A DNA stretch of 64,000 nucleotides from Podarcis muralis (taxonomy: Eukaryota): the NCBI RefSeq assembly GCF_964188315.1, contig NC_135665.1:37262001-37326000 (forward strand). The letters are read 5' to 3'. Positions 47,537 to 60,324 of this stretch are shown here, piece after piece. The translations under genes were made by a program, and so were the position numbers. The notes beneath the pieces are model-generated. The model saw only the letters and a list, made by a program, of their open reading frames with translations, was not told the DNA's origin and ran no database searches. Each line of letters begins with the position of its first letter. Positions within the stretch are counted from its first letter, which is position 1.

Positions 47537-47960
47537 GTAAGAATGCATGTTTGTACTTTACCCTAATGAGCATCCTTCAGTCCTGAAATGTGAATCTAAA
47601 CTGACTGGGCCAAGGGGGCCTGAAGGATTGCCATCTACCGCATGTAGCTAGAATGGCATTGTGCCCAGCTTCATAGGGGAACAGTCCAACTGGTTCAAGT
47701 CCATTTGAAAAATAAAGCGCCTTAAGGTGGGAGAGCAGCAGGGACCTTGCCCATCAACAGCACCGGGCAGCCAACACAGGGTCTTTACCCATTTAGGTGA
47801 AAAGTATTATATTTCTATTTAAATTATGAAAATTATTTTGAAATCTGAAACTATCCGCATGAATTAACTTATGCCCATTGTATACAAATATACAATGACC
47901 TTTTGACCTGCATAAATGGCAATCATAGCCTGATTTGGAGTTCTCACTAGGGGGGATATG

Positions 47961-48676
47961 TGTCAGCAGTGGATGTCAGGAATAAATCACATGGAGTAAG
48001 TGAAATGAACTCTTTATTGGACGGAAGCAAGGTCAGCTCAAGAGTGCCAGGCCTAATGGGCACAGCAACTCTTCATAGTAGGTTTTGCCCTTATTGTTGT
48101 GGAGGCTGAAGATCCCCACCTTCCCACAGTAAACTTCAGGTTGCGAACGTGGCAAACCCAGAAGTGTATACTGCCGGGTTTCACCGCATGCGCAGAAGTG
48201 CTGTGTCGCACCGCACATGTGCACAGAAGCAGCATTCCAGATACAGACTTTTCAGGTTGCAGGTGGGCCCCCGGAACGAATTAAATTCATATCCAGAGGG
48301 TCCACTGTACTTCCCAAGCAATCTGAGACTTCACTAATGCAGCTGTCTGTGCTCCTCTCTCTTCACACTTCTTCTCAGGGGGGACTAGAGGGGAGAGGAG
48401 CTTGTTGCAGCAGCAGCAGGAGTCGTCCCTCTGGCTTCTTCACCAGCCTGACTCACCCCTGCCTCTTGGCCTCCCTCCTCTTCTGCTTCAGCTTCTGATT
48501 CTGGACTTCTCTCTGACACAAACTCTCCCCACTCACTAAAATCTGATACCTCTCCAGCTTCCCACACACCCTCCTCCCAGGCTTCTCCCTCTGACCACCA
48601 ATCCCTGGGCTCTGAGCCTTCTTCCCTTGAGGATTCCCCAGCTGGTACCTCTCACCATTCTTCTGTATCCATGACA
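47961..48676 (-). mobile_element. Solo LTR-like element (Gypsy-like), interrupted by a MITE
   Basis: Minus strand begins TGTCATGG and ends CTGACA with AATAAA about 55 nt before the end; homologous partial copy at 56815-57080. No TSD found. Confidence 0.5.
48127..48307. mobile_element. Tc1/mariner-type MITE, family B, left end missing
   Basis: Body homologous to 37958-38217; right end gggtccactg|ta retained. Confidence 0.75.
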
Positions 48677-50657
48677 ACGAGATGCTATTGGCAAGTGACA
48701 GTATAAGAGATGTTATAGTCCAAAACATCTGAGGACGCCATTCTCCCCTTCTCTGTGTTCTAGAATTCATTCTTGTAAATTGGGTTCTTCCACCTAATAA
48801 GAGAATAATTTGTGGCCTTGGAGTGTGAACTCTTTTGAGAATGGGAGGCAACTGAAAGGGAGCCATTTTCCATTTCAGAAACCATTTCAGACAGTGCTAG
48901 TGAGCATAAATTAGAGTCCTCTTCAATGAACATCTATTAGAGAAATGTTGAGTTTCCAGCTCAGCTAGCGAGAAGTGCCAATGGGTTTGGTATTAAGATC
49001 GGGAAGGAAATTAATGTGAATGCACACAGAATTCAGCCAGCAGCAAGAAGATACATAACTGTATTTCCAAAGCGTTTACTTTAAGCAATCAAGCACATTT
49101 GAAGATGTTTCCATTTGACGGGTCTTTTTAATTGCTCTTTTACTGAATGTGTCCACGTAGGGTGAAGGAAGGTTACAAAGCATTGTTCACAACAAACATT
49201 TCCCCACAGTTTACAGTCATCACTGTTTATCTACGGAGGTCGACACAACCCAACTGGGGTTTTTTTTGTACCCATTTACAAACACAAATCTTATGGCAAT
49301 GAAACCAGGACGGAAGCCCAAATGTTATGCCCCCACATATTTGTTTCAGGGATGGTTTCAGCTGCTTTGGAAAGTTTGGATTTGAAAGTTATCTAGTGAG
49401 AGACACACCACAACTTCATGTCTGCGCATTGCTGCTAGTAATACCTAACAAGATGGGTCATTGTGAGTGCATGGAAGTAATTGTGTGCAGCTGAGGCAGG
49501 GGGAGCAAAGAATCGCACTAAAAAGCAAATTAGTGTAGCATGTTCACCATTTCTGTGTGGCCAATTGTAAACTTCCAGAAAACCACATGCAGCTTTTCCC
49601 AGATGCCAAATGAAGAGGAACTAGAAGTGGGCATTATAATACAACTCAGTTCCTGTTGTTCCTTAGTGACCTGCTGAATGGCCAGCAAAGAATTGCAACC
49701 TGATCCTAACCATATACATTCACTGGCAAGTCCCATTGGTTTCAGTGAGTTTAATCTCTCAGGTTAATATACTGCATTGAGAATCTCAACCTTGCCAACC
49801 AATGCCACCTCTGGAGGGTTTTGCTCAGCTTCACATATTGCTTCCAATAACTTGGGGAGGGTCGATAATAACCAAGTTTGAATCCCTTGTAGGCTTCCTT
49901 TCCTTTACAAACTAATATACAGGGACATCAAAAAATTCCCAGACAGTATTGTGACAACCTTATTCAGGATATTCCCAAGGCGATATACACCAGCTGGAAT
50001 GTAATGGGGCACTGACAGCAATTTGAAGCTGCCCTATGGCAGGCCTCCTATAGATAATTGTTGTGCAAATGTCGTTTGGCTTCCCTGAAGGCATGAGTTG
50101 CCATTGAATGCTGTTCTCTCCACTGGCATGGAGGGGTGCAGTTTGCACTACAGCTGCCCCACTCCAAGCAAATTAATTCTATTATTCCCTTTACAGGCAT
50201 GGCAAACTCAGCGAGGTTTGGAATTAAAATGGGTTTCATGCGAGGCACTGTTAATGCTTTAGCTTGTTTCTAGAACAGCAGAAAAGAGCACACACAATAC
50301 ATTCAAAACTCTGCAAGGGATTTAAGGCGATAGCCAGTGTTGTGTGAGATGACTTACCCTTCCGCCCCTCCACCCACCTGCAACATTAGGACCACTGGGA
50401 CTGGAAAACAGGACACATGTCCTGGTCCCCACCACCCTTTGGTCACCTCCAAATGGCAGTGCACCAACTGCAACCATCTGCAACTCTTTCAAAAAACAAG
50501 ACCAGAACTTGCCTGTCTGTCAACTGTGAGGTGGAGACTTAGTGGGCCTGGTCTGGCTCCCAGCTCTCCAAAAGTGTTGTGTCTCCCGCTCTCCCAAGTG
50601 GCAGTGACCAGGTCACACTGAAGGACAGCCTGTACCTGCTTCCATTTCCCTCCCTCC

Positions 50658-50712
<55 letters not shown>
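50658..50712. repeat. Compound microsatellite (GT)n(GA)n
   Basis: Seen directly. Confidence 0.98.
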
Positions 50713-50716
<4 letters not shown>

Positions 50717-50742
50717 TGCAGGCGTAGAGAGAGGGTATTGAT

Positions 50743-50878
50743 CAGGCATAGGCAAACTCCGGCCCTCCAGATGTTGGGGACTACAATTCCCATCATCCCT
50801 GACCACTGGTCCTGTTAGCTAGGGATGATGGGAATTGTGGTCCCAAACATCTGGAGGGCCGGAGTTTGCCTATGCCTG
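50743..50878. mobile_element. Palindromic hAT MITE
   Basis: TIR caggcataggcaaactccggccctccagatgtt / inverse; perfect 8-bp TSD gtattgat. Confidence 0.93.
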
Positions 50879-50904
50879 GTATTGATGAAGACATGAAGAA
50901 CTTT

Positions 50905-50925
50905 GATGATGATGATGATGATGAT
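50905..50925. repeat. (GAT)7 microsatellite
   Basis: Seen directly. Confidence 0.95.
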
Positions 50926-51119
50926 GCAGTGCCTCTCCATCCTCCCAAGGTCTGAAGATGTGGTGAGTGGAGTGCACAACAGGAAGAAAGCCAGAGAGCA
51001 AGGAGAGAGAAAGTGGCAGGACCTGCTGCAAAGAAACCAGGCAAGAGTAGAAGAACGGAGCTGATCTTAGTGGGTGGAACAGGAGAAAAAAGCATGTATA
51101 AGAGTGCACTGCAAAAACT

Positions 51120-51344
51120 GTTATTTGTTTATTTGTTACATTTATACAATGCCCTGCTTCTTTTTCAATGAGCCAAGGACAGTGCACCAGGTCCTTCCCC
51201 CACCTGGAGCCTGCCTACTTTATATCTTCACAACAGCCCTGTAAGGTAGGTTGGGATAAACATAGTGAGTGAACAAAAGGAGTGAGTATTGAACTCAGAT
51301 CTCCCAATCCTAGACCAACACTCTAGCCATTATGCCACACTGGT
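51120..51344 (-). mobile_element. Old MIR-like tRNA-CORE SINE
   Basis: acaacagccctgtaaggtagg core/tail and gaactcagatctcc..gccattatgccacactgg head in reverse. Confidence 0.7.
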
Positions 51345-53225
51345 TCCCGACTCTGTGCGAGTTACAATTCTGGGCACACCTCCTTCACGGGCAGAGGATT
51401 CTGTAAGCTTTTAAAAGGACACAAAATGCTTAGGAATTTGTGGCGGGAGTGCAGGAGGGCATAACACCAGAAGTGCCATAGAAAAAATGTTCAGTGCAGC
51501 ACATCAGGAATTAAGTTCAAGCAAGGTTTATTATGCATTGGATAAACAGTCCGAAAAGATGTGCTGGTCTGACTTCATTCAAATTGCTCTTTAAAATGTT
51601 GCTGCTGCTTCTTTCCACCCCAACATGGTAGATATTGGTGCTTCGTGTGCCTTCAATGAGAAGATGCTCCTGCTGGAGCGAGTTCAAAAGGCTGGCACAT
51701 TAAGCCATAGGTATGCTCAGAGCATGAATGTTCCATGCCACCCTCAAAAAACCCTGGCATTTCTCCCTCTTCTCTTGTGTGGGCACATCCCCACCACGTG
51801 AAGAGTCTGTGCTGTAGGATCCTGCCTTCACCAAGCCTCATACCTTCTGCTTTCTAGACTCTGGCTGGTTCAGACGCCAGTCCTTTCAAAGGCTAGATCT
51901 CCCCGATAATCTTTGTTTTGGCTCCTCATCCTTTTGACATATCCTTTGGATTTGGCTTCAGGCACCTGACGCATGATCTCCTGCTTTCCTGCCTGGCATC
52001 ATCGTTCCTGTTTTAGTGTTGGCTGCTCCAAGTGCCTCTGCCTTTCTCATTCTGGCATTGGGTCTGAAAGGTGTGTCAAAGCCTGGTGCTCACCCTACTC
52101 CTCCCCCTCCATTTTGTTGTGACCTACTTTTTGCCTTGGCGGCTCAGGCAAGCCAATGAGGACTTGCATTTCTCTGTATGTTGTCTGCACATGTGTTGGA
52201 TCACCTCTTCCTCTCAATAGCTTAATCTGTCTAGGCAGAACAGGTACTTTTGAAAAACTGAGAAGAGAGAGGGAAGCTTCAATATTTCACCTCAGAGAAA
52301 ACCACCCAAATGCCAATCTGTTTCTTATTGCAATTGTTAAATGTGTGTCCTGTCTTTTTACCAAATTGTGCTCAGAAAATGCAGTGGGCTTGGGATTTAG
52401 GCTTGGCTGCCTTGTTCAGATAAAGTGGCAGAGAAGTCCTCTCTCTTGCAACCCACCCTGATTTCCTATGAGATAAAATGATGTTATACTGCACTAGGTT
52501 TGGGCTATAGCTGAATAAGATTGTGGGGGGAGAAGGAAGATGCCAGAGGCATGTAGTCTATTGCAAAGGCAGGAAATCTTTTCCATCAGGCCAGATCCTT
52601 ATCTTCCCACCCCTACAAGGCCAAATTTGACAGGTGTTCAGGGCTACCCACCTCTCGATCACCTGACATCATTGTGATGTAAGGTGATGTTGTGCTTTGA
52701 AGCCCCAACTGCTGGGTCTTCAAAGGGCAGCATAAAGCTGTCTGAAGCCCCTTTTGAAATGTGGAGGTTTGAAGAGTAGCACAAGGTTGTTTGCAAAAAG
52801 GGCTTTCAAACAACTTCACATTGAGCTTTGGCTGTGCATGTCTGTTTTCAACAGGGAAACAGGTTTGCGCAGCCAAACTGAGCAGGATATAACCCCGCCA
52901 CACATCGACTGATGAGCAGTGGTTAAATCCTGCTGCTTTGGCTGCATACACCGTTTCCCAGCAGGGGAACTGGTGCATGCAGCCAATGCAGAATCAACCC
53001 CTCCGCCTTCCCACCAGCTGATGTCAGCCTCCCCCATTGGAGTGAGATCAGCTGACTGGCAGGTGGGTGTAGGGTGTGATTTTGGCTTTTTGAATGGCCT
53101 CCTGGGCCTAATTTGACCTCCTTGTGGTCCAAGATTAGCCCATGGGGTGAAGATTTGGCACCCGTATAGCAAGAAGGGAATAAGGAAGGGGATATAGAGT
53201 AAATAAGTGAAGTATGAAGCAAGTG

Positions 53226-53577
53226 TAAAGGTAAAGGGACCCCTGACCATTAGGACCAGTCGTGGCCAACTCTGGGGTTGCGGCGCTCATCTTGCTTTAC
53301 TGGCCAAGGGAGCTGGCGTACAGCTTCTGGGTCATGTGGCCAGCAAAACTAAGCCGCTTCTGGTGAACCAGAGCAGCGCACGGAAACGCTGTTTACCTTC
53401 CCGACGGAGTGGTACCTATTTATCTACTTGCACCTTGATGTACTTTCGAATTGCTAGGTTGGCAGGAGCAGGGACCGAGCAATGGGAGCTCACCCCGTCG
53501 CGGGGATTCAAACCGCCGACCTTCTGATCGGCAAGTCCTAGGCTCTGTGGTTTAACCCACAGCGCCACCCGCGTCCC
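53226..53577 (-). mobile_element. Sauria SINE, full length
   Basis: 15-bp TSD tatgaagca(a/g)gtgta with one mismatch. Confidence 0.96.
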
Positions 53578-53656
53578 TATGAAGCAGGTGTAGAGGAAGC
53601 TAAATCCGTGTAAAGGAAAGCTATAGCAGGACCCCCTGGAAAGCTTAGAGAAAGGG

Positions 53657-53820
53657 CTTGCATGATGCAGTGGTTAGAGTGTCAGACTAGCACTGGGGAA
53701 ATCTATCCCCAGCCATCTTTTAGCTTGACTTACCTTGCTGGGTGTTTGTGAAGACAAAAAGGAGAAACATAACGTATGCCACCTTGAACTTCTTGGATAA
53801 AAGGCAGGATATAAATAAAT
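53657..53820 (+). mobile_element. Old MIR-like tRNA-CORE SINE
   Basis: gcatgatgcagtggttagagtgtcagactag..ctaccttgctgggtg..aggcaggatataaataaat. Confidence 0.65.
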
Positions 53821-53876
53821 GAAGAGGAGTAATCAGAGATCAAGGGAGCGTAGGGGCAGAGGCCTTAGGGGACAGG

Positions 53877-53985
53877 TAGAATCATAGAATTGTAGAGCTG
53901 GAAAGAAGTCTGAGGATCCTCTAGTCCAATTCAGGAATCTCAGCTGAAGCATCCATGACGGAAGGCGATGCAACTATAGGCATCC
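53877..53985 (-). mobile_element. CR1 3' terminus fragment
   Basis: agaatcatagaattgtagagctggaaag..ctagtccaa is the reverse complement of the CR1 (ATTCTATG)n end. Confidence 0.75.
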
Positions 53986-55148
53986 CCAACATTTGACAAG
54001 CCTTTCACTGGCCGCAAATGAAATTCCTGGGGGTTCTTTGTTCTGCCCGCAGTTCCATCCCCAAGAAAATTAATAAGCTCCAAAGCTTTTCACTCGGTGC
54101 CTGTCAAGATACTGAAAAACAGCCAACGTTGCCGAGCCAGAAAACCCCTCCCAAATAGCTTCACTTCGAAACAATTAACATCTCGAGTTTATCTTCTCTT
54201 TCAGAAAATGGCTAAAAAGGTATTTAAAGCCAACAATGCCGCATTCATCAACAAGAGCTCATCTGGACTCATCAGGAGCCTTTGCCAGTACACGTTCTTT
54301 CGGTTGATGGCAACAGTAGCAAGGCACCGAGTCCTGGGATGAGAAAGCATTCAGCAGTTCTTGCATAAAAATAGTCAATGGAAGGAGGTTGTCATTGCAA
54401 AAAGGAATAAGCCTGGCTCCAGCAGCATTTGCCCAAAGCTTATCATTCAGTGGGTCAATGCCACCCAAGAAAGACAGGTTCTCTTTCTTCCAAAATGTTT
54501 GCGCTTGAATGTTTAGTACAAGAGAAGCAGGAGGAAGATGTTTGCATGTGTACTGGATCATACAGAAATGCCCCTGAAGTGAAAAGAGGCTGAACAAGTC
54601 AAAGTTGAGCACATTCATGCAGCGGTGGCTCCCTTGGATGCAGTGGCACTCTCCCAGCACTGGCACTTCCCGGGAGAGAGAAAGAGCTGAAGATAAGGAA
54701 TGGGCAACAGACGCATAGAGATTCCTCAATAAATAAAGCTGTGTCCCCAATGTTCCTGAGCCAGGGAACAAGAATGTGTCCCTTGCAGGGCTGACTAGAT
54801 CAGTTAGTTGTGTTCAACCCTTTTAAACTCAGGATTGCTATTGTCGCACCAGCACCGGAAGAGGAAAAACTTAAACACGTAGCAGAGTTACCCCAAAATA
54901 GACCAGAGGCAACTGTACTTCATCCAGGAGAGCTTTACTTGCTACTGAAGGCAAATGAGCAGAATGGTCACAAATGCAGCATGTTCAGGATTGGCATAGT
55001 CCATAAAAATTCAGTTTCAGCACTTACAATAAAACTTACAAACATATAACAAGACTAAAGCTTAACACTAAGCATACTATGTACAAAACACCACACCAGA
55101 CAAAGAGACAGAAAGAGAAATTAAAACCCAGGCTCCTTCCGGCCTATA

Positions 55149-55374
55149 CAGTGGTACCTCAGGTTAAGTACTTAATTTGTTCTGGAGGTCCATACTTAAC
55201 CTGAAACTGTTCTTAACCTGAAGCACCACTTTAGCTAATGGGGCCTCCTGCTGCCGCCACACCGCCAGAGCACGATTTCTTTTCTCATTCTGAAGCAAAG
55301 TTCTTAACCTGAAGCACTATTTCTGGGTTAGTGGAGTGTGTAACCCGAAGCGTATGTAACCCGAGGTACCACTG
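55149..55374. mobile_element. Tc1/mariner-type MITE, family A
   Basis: ta|cagtggtacctcagg ... cccgaggtaccactg|ta. Confidence 0.93.
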
Positions 55375-56814
55375 TATTTATAGTAAGCATGACCTTGCAG
55401 AAAGAGATAAGAGAGCCAATTCAAGCCAGCTGCACACAGCTTCTCTGAAGGTATAACCCAAACAATCATGAAGCGTCTTTCACACAGAGAAGCTTCCAGA
55501 AACTTCCAGAAACCCCTTGAATGAATTAAAATAGGAAAGATATCTACACATTAGATCAATAGTTTCTGTACTAAGAAATGCAAACTGACAGCTATCTACC
55601 AAGCAAACTACACTTTTGTACCTTCAGGGTCCCATTGGGGATGATGCTGATGTTTGTTTTGTGTTTGCTACCAGTGTTGACTGGCTGTTTGTCATGGGGT
55701 GGGCAGTGGTCCCACATCCACTGCCAATCCAAAGCTGCCACCACGCCAACCTTGCTGGCGCATTGTCCCCTCCCCCCCATATCTCTCCCCTGGCACTGCT
55801 GCTGTGAGCGTGTCACTCACCCCATTCCTACCCCCTCTCACACTACTTCTGCATCCCATTTTTGGCTCTGACCAAAAGGGAGTGGTCTCCGACTCCCTTT
55901 TCTGATGGGTCAATGTCCCATCTTAGTTCTTCCACCCTCCGTTCTTCCACAGCCAGGAAACATGGGCGGCATTTTTGAAGATGAGGGTTCTTCAAGACCT
56001 TCCTTGTTGGAAGTCCCACAAGCAACACATAGGGCATGGAATTATGAACAGTGCTGGCAGATTTCAGCAGACTGTTTCAGTTGCTGTCATGAAGGAGTCA
56101 GAATGAATAGTCCTCTCCGGTAATGAATCTAAATCAGGAATGTATGAAAAATATGTTACCTCTTTTGTCTCAAGGAAATATGCTAACTCACCACACAAGG
56201 AAAGCAAGAGACATCTGCCAACCTCCTGGGGGGGAAGAGTCATTAGCATATAAACAGGCCTAAGTCTAACGAGGACATCTTCTGAAAGGTATTATGGAAA
56301 GCAGGAAGTGTGCTGGAAGCCTATAACACACCTATCTGCATTCAAAGGGAATCTTTGAAGTTCTGCATATTAATTGAAAGGAAATTGGAAAGCTTACATC
56401 AAGGAATGCTGGGCTTTATTATATCTTGGCCACAACAACTAATTATGTAGAAATAGGAAAGGAAGCTTATTCAAAAGTATTATTGTTATTTAATTTCATA
56501 GTAATTAACAGCAGGACTAGAGTTTGGTAGTGCAGCACGTGCAGGAGGCCTCAAGTTTAATCCTTGCTCCTTCCAGTTCAAAAGATCTTATGGTAGTGGC
56601 CAACTAGGTTTTACTCAAAGCAGAGCCATTGAAATTAAAGAAGACAACTAAGGTTCATTGAGGTCAATGGGTTTATGCTCTCAGAAAAATTTAGTTGAAT
56701 GATACCCATGGGTTGCAAAAGATAGGGGAAAGCTGCTTCTATTTGGAATAGACCATCCTTCTCCACCTGGCTCCCCTCCAAATGTTTTTGACCTCAGTGG
56801 TTGGAGACAGACAG

Positions 56815-57080
56815 TGTCAGAAGTAGGTCAGCAATAAATCACACTGGTGTCAGCAAAGTTAACTCTTTATTCAAGGAAACAAGGTTGACTCAGGAGGCCA
56901 AGTCTGGTGAGCACAGCAACTTGTCCTGGTAGATCTTGCTCCTAGGAGGCAGTTGTGGGGGCTGAAGGTCCCCACCTTCCCACAGTTCCCTACATCATCG
57001 CCTCCCCTGAGAGGAGTCTCAGATTCCTAAGCAATCTGAGACTTTGTTGTCGTTCCTGTCTTTGCTCCTCCCTCTTCATA
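56815..57080 (-). mobile_element. Partial LTR-like element, same family as 47961-48676
   Basis: Shared tgtcag..aataaatcac..aactctttatt..gcacagcaact..ggctgaag.tccccaccttcccacag..aagcaatctgagactt. Confidence 0.55.
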
Positions 57081-57564
57081 CAACCACACACTAAAAAACA
57101 ACAACAACTAAAACCTTGATCCACCATGGTCATGCTGGCTAGGAAGAATGGGAGGCAAAGTTTGAAACAAGTGAGGACCCTAGGTCGGGAAAAGCTGGGA
57201 TAAACAATGCTGCACTAAATGAGCTAGTGTAGCTTTGTGGTGAAAAACATGGAACGGCTCTGGTTTAAACTGGCCTCTTAATTAGGAGCTCAACTGATTA
57301 CAGAGTAGTTAGATTGACCAAAAATATATATGATGCAATGGAAAATTAGGTTGTTTACAAGATTCTTTGGACTGAGCAGGCAATTCTGGCTTAAGGAATG
57401 CTTGCTTGATCTTCTTGGAGATAATTATAGTGAGGATAACGAGGAGTACTGATAAAATACAATGAACTGGAAGACCGTGCTTAGGGCTTGGGGTCGAAAA
57501 TCATTTTGAATGTGTGTGAGAGAGCGACATCAATTGTCCTGAATGCACATTGATTAATTAATTT

Positions 57565-58140
57565 TATTTGTTATTATTACATTTCTATATGGTCCTTCAC
57601 GGGAGGATCACAGGGCAGTTTACAATATAAAACACCAAAATACATATCATAATAACAAATAAAATCAATACCTCGCCTGCCACCCCCCAGTTTAAAAGGC
57701 TATAGATTGTTTAATTAGCCAAAGGCATGGGAGAAGAGGAATGTTTTTGCCGGGCGCTTAAAGATACATAATGAAGGCTGAGCCTCCCTAGGGAGAGCAT
57801 TCCACAAATGGGGAGCCACCACAGAAAAGGCCCGTTCTCATGTTGCCACTCTCTAGACTAGAGGAGGCACACGAAGAAGGGCCTCAGGTGATGATTTCAG
57901 GGTCCAGGTTGGTTCACATGGAGAGAGATGGTTCTTGAGGTCTTGCAGTCCTGAGCCATTAAAAGCTTTACAGGTCAGAACCAACGTTTTGAATTGGGCC
58001 CGGAAACTAATTGGCAGCCAATGCAGTTGGGCCAGGATTGGCGATGTTTGCCCAAACCATCTTGCCCCGGTGAGCAACCTGGCCCCTGAATTCTGCTCCA
58101 GCCACAGTTTCCAAACTATCTTCAGAGACAGCCCTGTGTG
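57565..58140 (-). mobile_element. L2 LINE 3' end (about 0.6 kb)
   Basis: ORF 57853..58209 contains QNSGARLLTG..SPILAQLHWLPISFRAQFKTLVL.CKAFNGSG (L2 ORF2 C-terminal LHWLP motif); 3'UTR and (TAA)-type tail. Confidence 0.92.
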
Positions 58141-58196
58141 CTTGTCTAGAGGTGCTCTTTTTCCAGTCAGTAGGGCTGTGTACAGTGAGACTGTGT

Positions 58197-58346
58197 ACAC
58201 CTCATACATTTAAAGCACATTCCTTTGCCAAAGAATCCTGGGAGCTGTCGTTTGCTAAGGATGTTGGTAGTGGTAGTTCTGGGAGGGATACACTAGAATT
58301 CCCAGGATTCTTTGCAGGAAGTCATGTGCGTTAAATGTATGGTGTG
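58197..58346. mobile_element. Palindromic MITE (same family as 5033-5214)
   Basis: TIR catacatttaaagcac / gcgttaaatgtatggtgtg. Confidence 0.7.
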
Positions 58347-58448
58347 AACACAGGCTGGAAGCAGCTCTCAGGCTTCCCCTTCTGTGGATGTTGGGGATTG
58401 AACCCGGGACCATTTCCATGCAATGAATGCACTCTACCATTATGCTTT

Positions 58449-58826
58449 GGAGGAGTGGGTGGCGCTGTGGTCTAAACCACTGAGCTTCTTGGGCTTGCTG
58501 ATCGGAAGGTCGGCGGTTCAAATCCCCACAATGGAGTGAGCTCCCATTGCTCTGTCCCAGCTCCTGCCAACTTAGCAGTTCGAAAGCACACCAGTGCAAG
58601 TAGATAAATGGGTACCACTGCGGTGGGAAGCTAAACAGTGTTTCCGTGCACTCTGGTTTCCGTCACGGTGTTCCATTGCATCAGAAGCGGCTTATTCATG
58701 CTGGCCACATGTCCTGGAAAGCTGTCTGTGGACAAATGCCGGCTCCCTCGGCCTGAAAGCAAGATGAGCACCACAACACCATAGTCACCTTTGACTGGAC
58801 TTAACCATCTAGAAGTCCTTTACCTT
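58449..58826 (+). mobile_element. Sauria SINE nested in the head of another tRNA-derived SINE (minus strand, about 58380-58446 plus 58831-58852)
   Basis: Host ggggattgaacccgggacc..ctctaccattatgct resumes as ctattatgctatggctctttcc; duplicated attatgct. Confidence 0.9.
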
Positions 58827-59558
58827 TTTACTATTATGCTATGGCTCTTTCCATCCTCTTATATAGCCATCTCCCCATTTTGCCCCAACCAACACCTGGT
58901 ACTCTGATCTACAGGTATGCAGCCCCTGGGTAGGGAGATTCCATTCAAGGGTGGCACCTCATAGCTTGTGCAACAGGCAAACGGTATGATCCAGGTTGTG
59001 TATTTATGTCTGTTTAGCCTGATGCTGCTGATACCATGTAGTCATTTTACAGAAAAGAAAAACACCCAGGCTCTTGCATATGATTTAAGTGACCGGCACC
59101 AATCTGGCCTTTTTATTATGCCGAAGCCGGGTTTCTCCCCTGCAACTAGTGATAGTGCTGCTGGAAGGCAGAAGAGAAAGAAGTGATTGTAATCATCATC
59201 ATCATTATTTTTTTAAGTAGACCCAGAGGACAAGAATAGTCATGTAACTCTGAAATTGCTGTTTACCAGGGAATGGAAAGTAAAACAATGCAAGGAATGC
59301 TGAAAGCATAAAAAATATGTGTGGCCTGATCCGCTTCTCATAGCCTGAACAAAAGAAAGACTCTGGATGGCTCTGAGAGTGGCTGCATACACACCATACA
59401 TTTAAAGAGCACGTGAAACCTGAGGTGCCAAGCATTCACCCACCTCATATACAAAAGGTGTAATAATGGTGGACTACTCTCGGTGTTTGTAGCTCTCTTC
59501 CAGGTGTGGCTACTTTTTGGTTCATGCTCCTGAACCCAGAGAAATGAGCACAGCCACA

Positions 59559-59707
59559 CAGTGGCTTAGCGTGGGTTGTCAGCACCCGGGGCAAGGCAAG
59601 TAATTTGCGCCCCCTAACCCGTGGATTTGCGCCCCCTAACCCTAACCCCCAGATGTTGCGCCCGGTGCGGCCGCCCCCCTCCCTGCACCCCCCACGCTAC
59701 GCCACTG
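59559..59707. mobile_element. hAT MITE
   Basis: 17-bp TIR cagtggc(t/g)tagcgtggg; perfect 8-bp TSD cagccaca; internal tandem atttgcgccccctaaccc. Confidence 0.93.
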
Positions 59708-60324
59708 CAGCCACATGCATTTTCTCTTCAAGATCTTGGCACACATGCTAGGTGGGTGGCATGTCTCCCATGAGACAGCCCTCTCTGGCATCGGCTGGAG
59801 AGTTTGGCCCCTGTAGCAATAGTTCCATTCATTATGCACACTCCTTCAAACCATGCAATTTTACACACCCTTTTATGGAGTAATAAAGCATCCAGAAACA
59901 GCAAATGTGCATGCGCCCTAAACGTTTATAAGGAGAATCCATGATAACAAATTGCTAGGAAGCCCTGAGGCTGACACTGTAAATTATTTCTGTATCTATG
60001 CTCCTATAATCAGGCTGTAACTGTAAAATTCTGGGGGAAATTAAGATACCGAACTTCTGTGTATAACACACTGGAAGCAGGCAGTTAAGACTACCTAGCA
60101 CAATTGCTATTGAGCTATCTTCTCAATGCAAGTCTTTTTTTAAAAAAGGCAGTTTTCCAAAAGGAAAGCAAAAGTACAATCTTATACCCACAGTTTTGCC
60201 ACCCGAGTAAACAGCTGGCAAGGAAAGAGTTAAGCACCCCTTTCAGCCCCCCTTCTTCACTCAAGAACCCAGCCTCCCAAGGGCGCTTTTTCCTGGGTGA
60301 AAGGAAAGCACCCAGCTCTACATT

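Noticed and set aside
54570-54620. LFSLFSLQG resembles the LSAMP alternative signal-peptide exon end
   Set aside because: No GT donor follows, no matching upstream residues; the match arises from a polypyrimidine tract.
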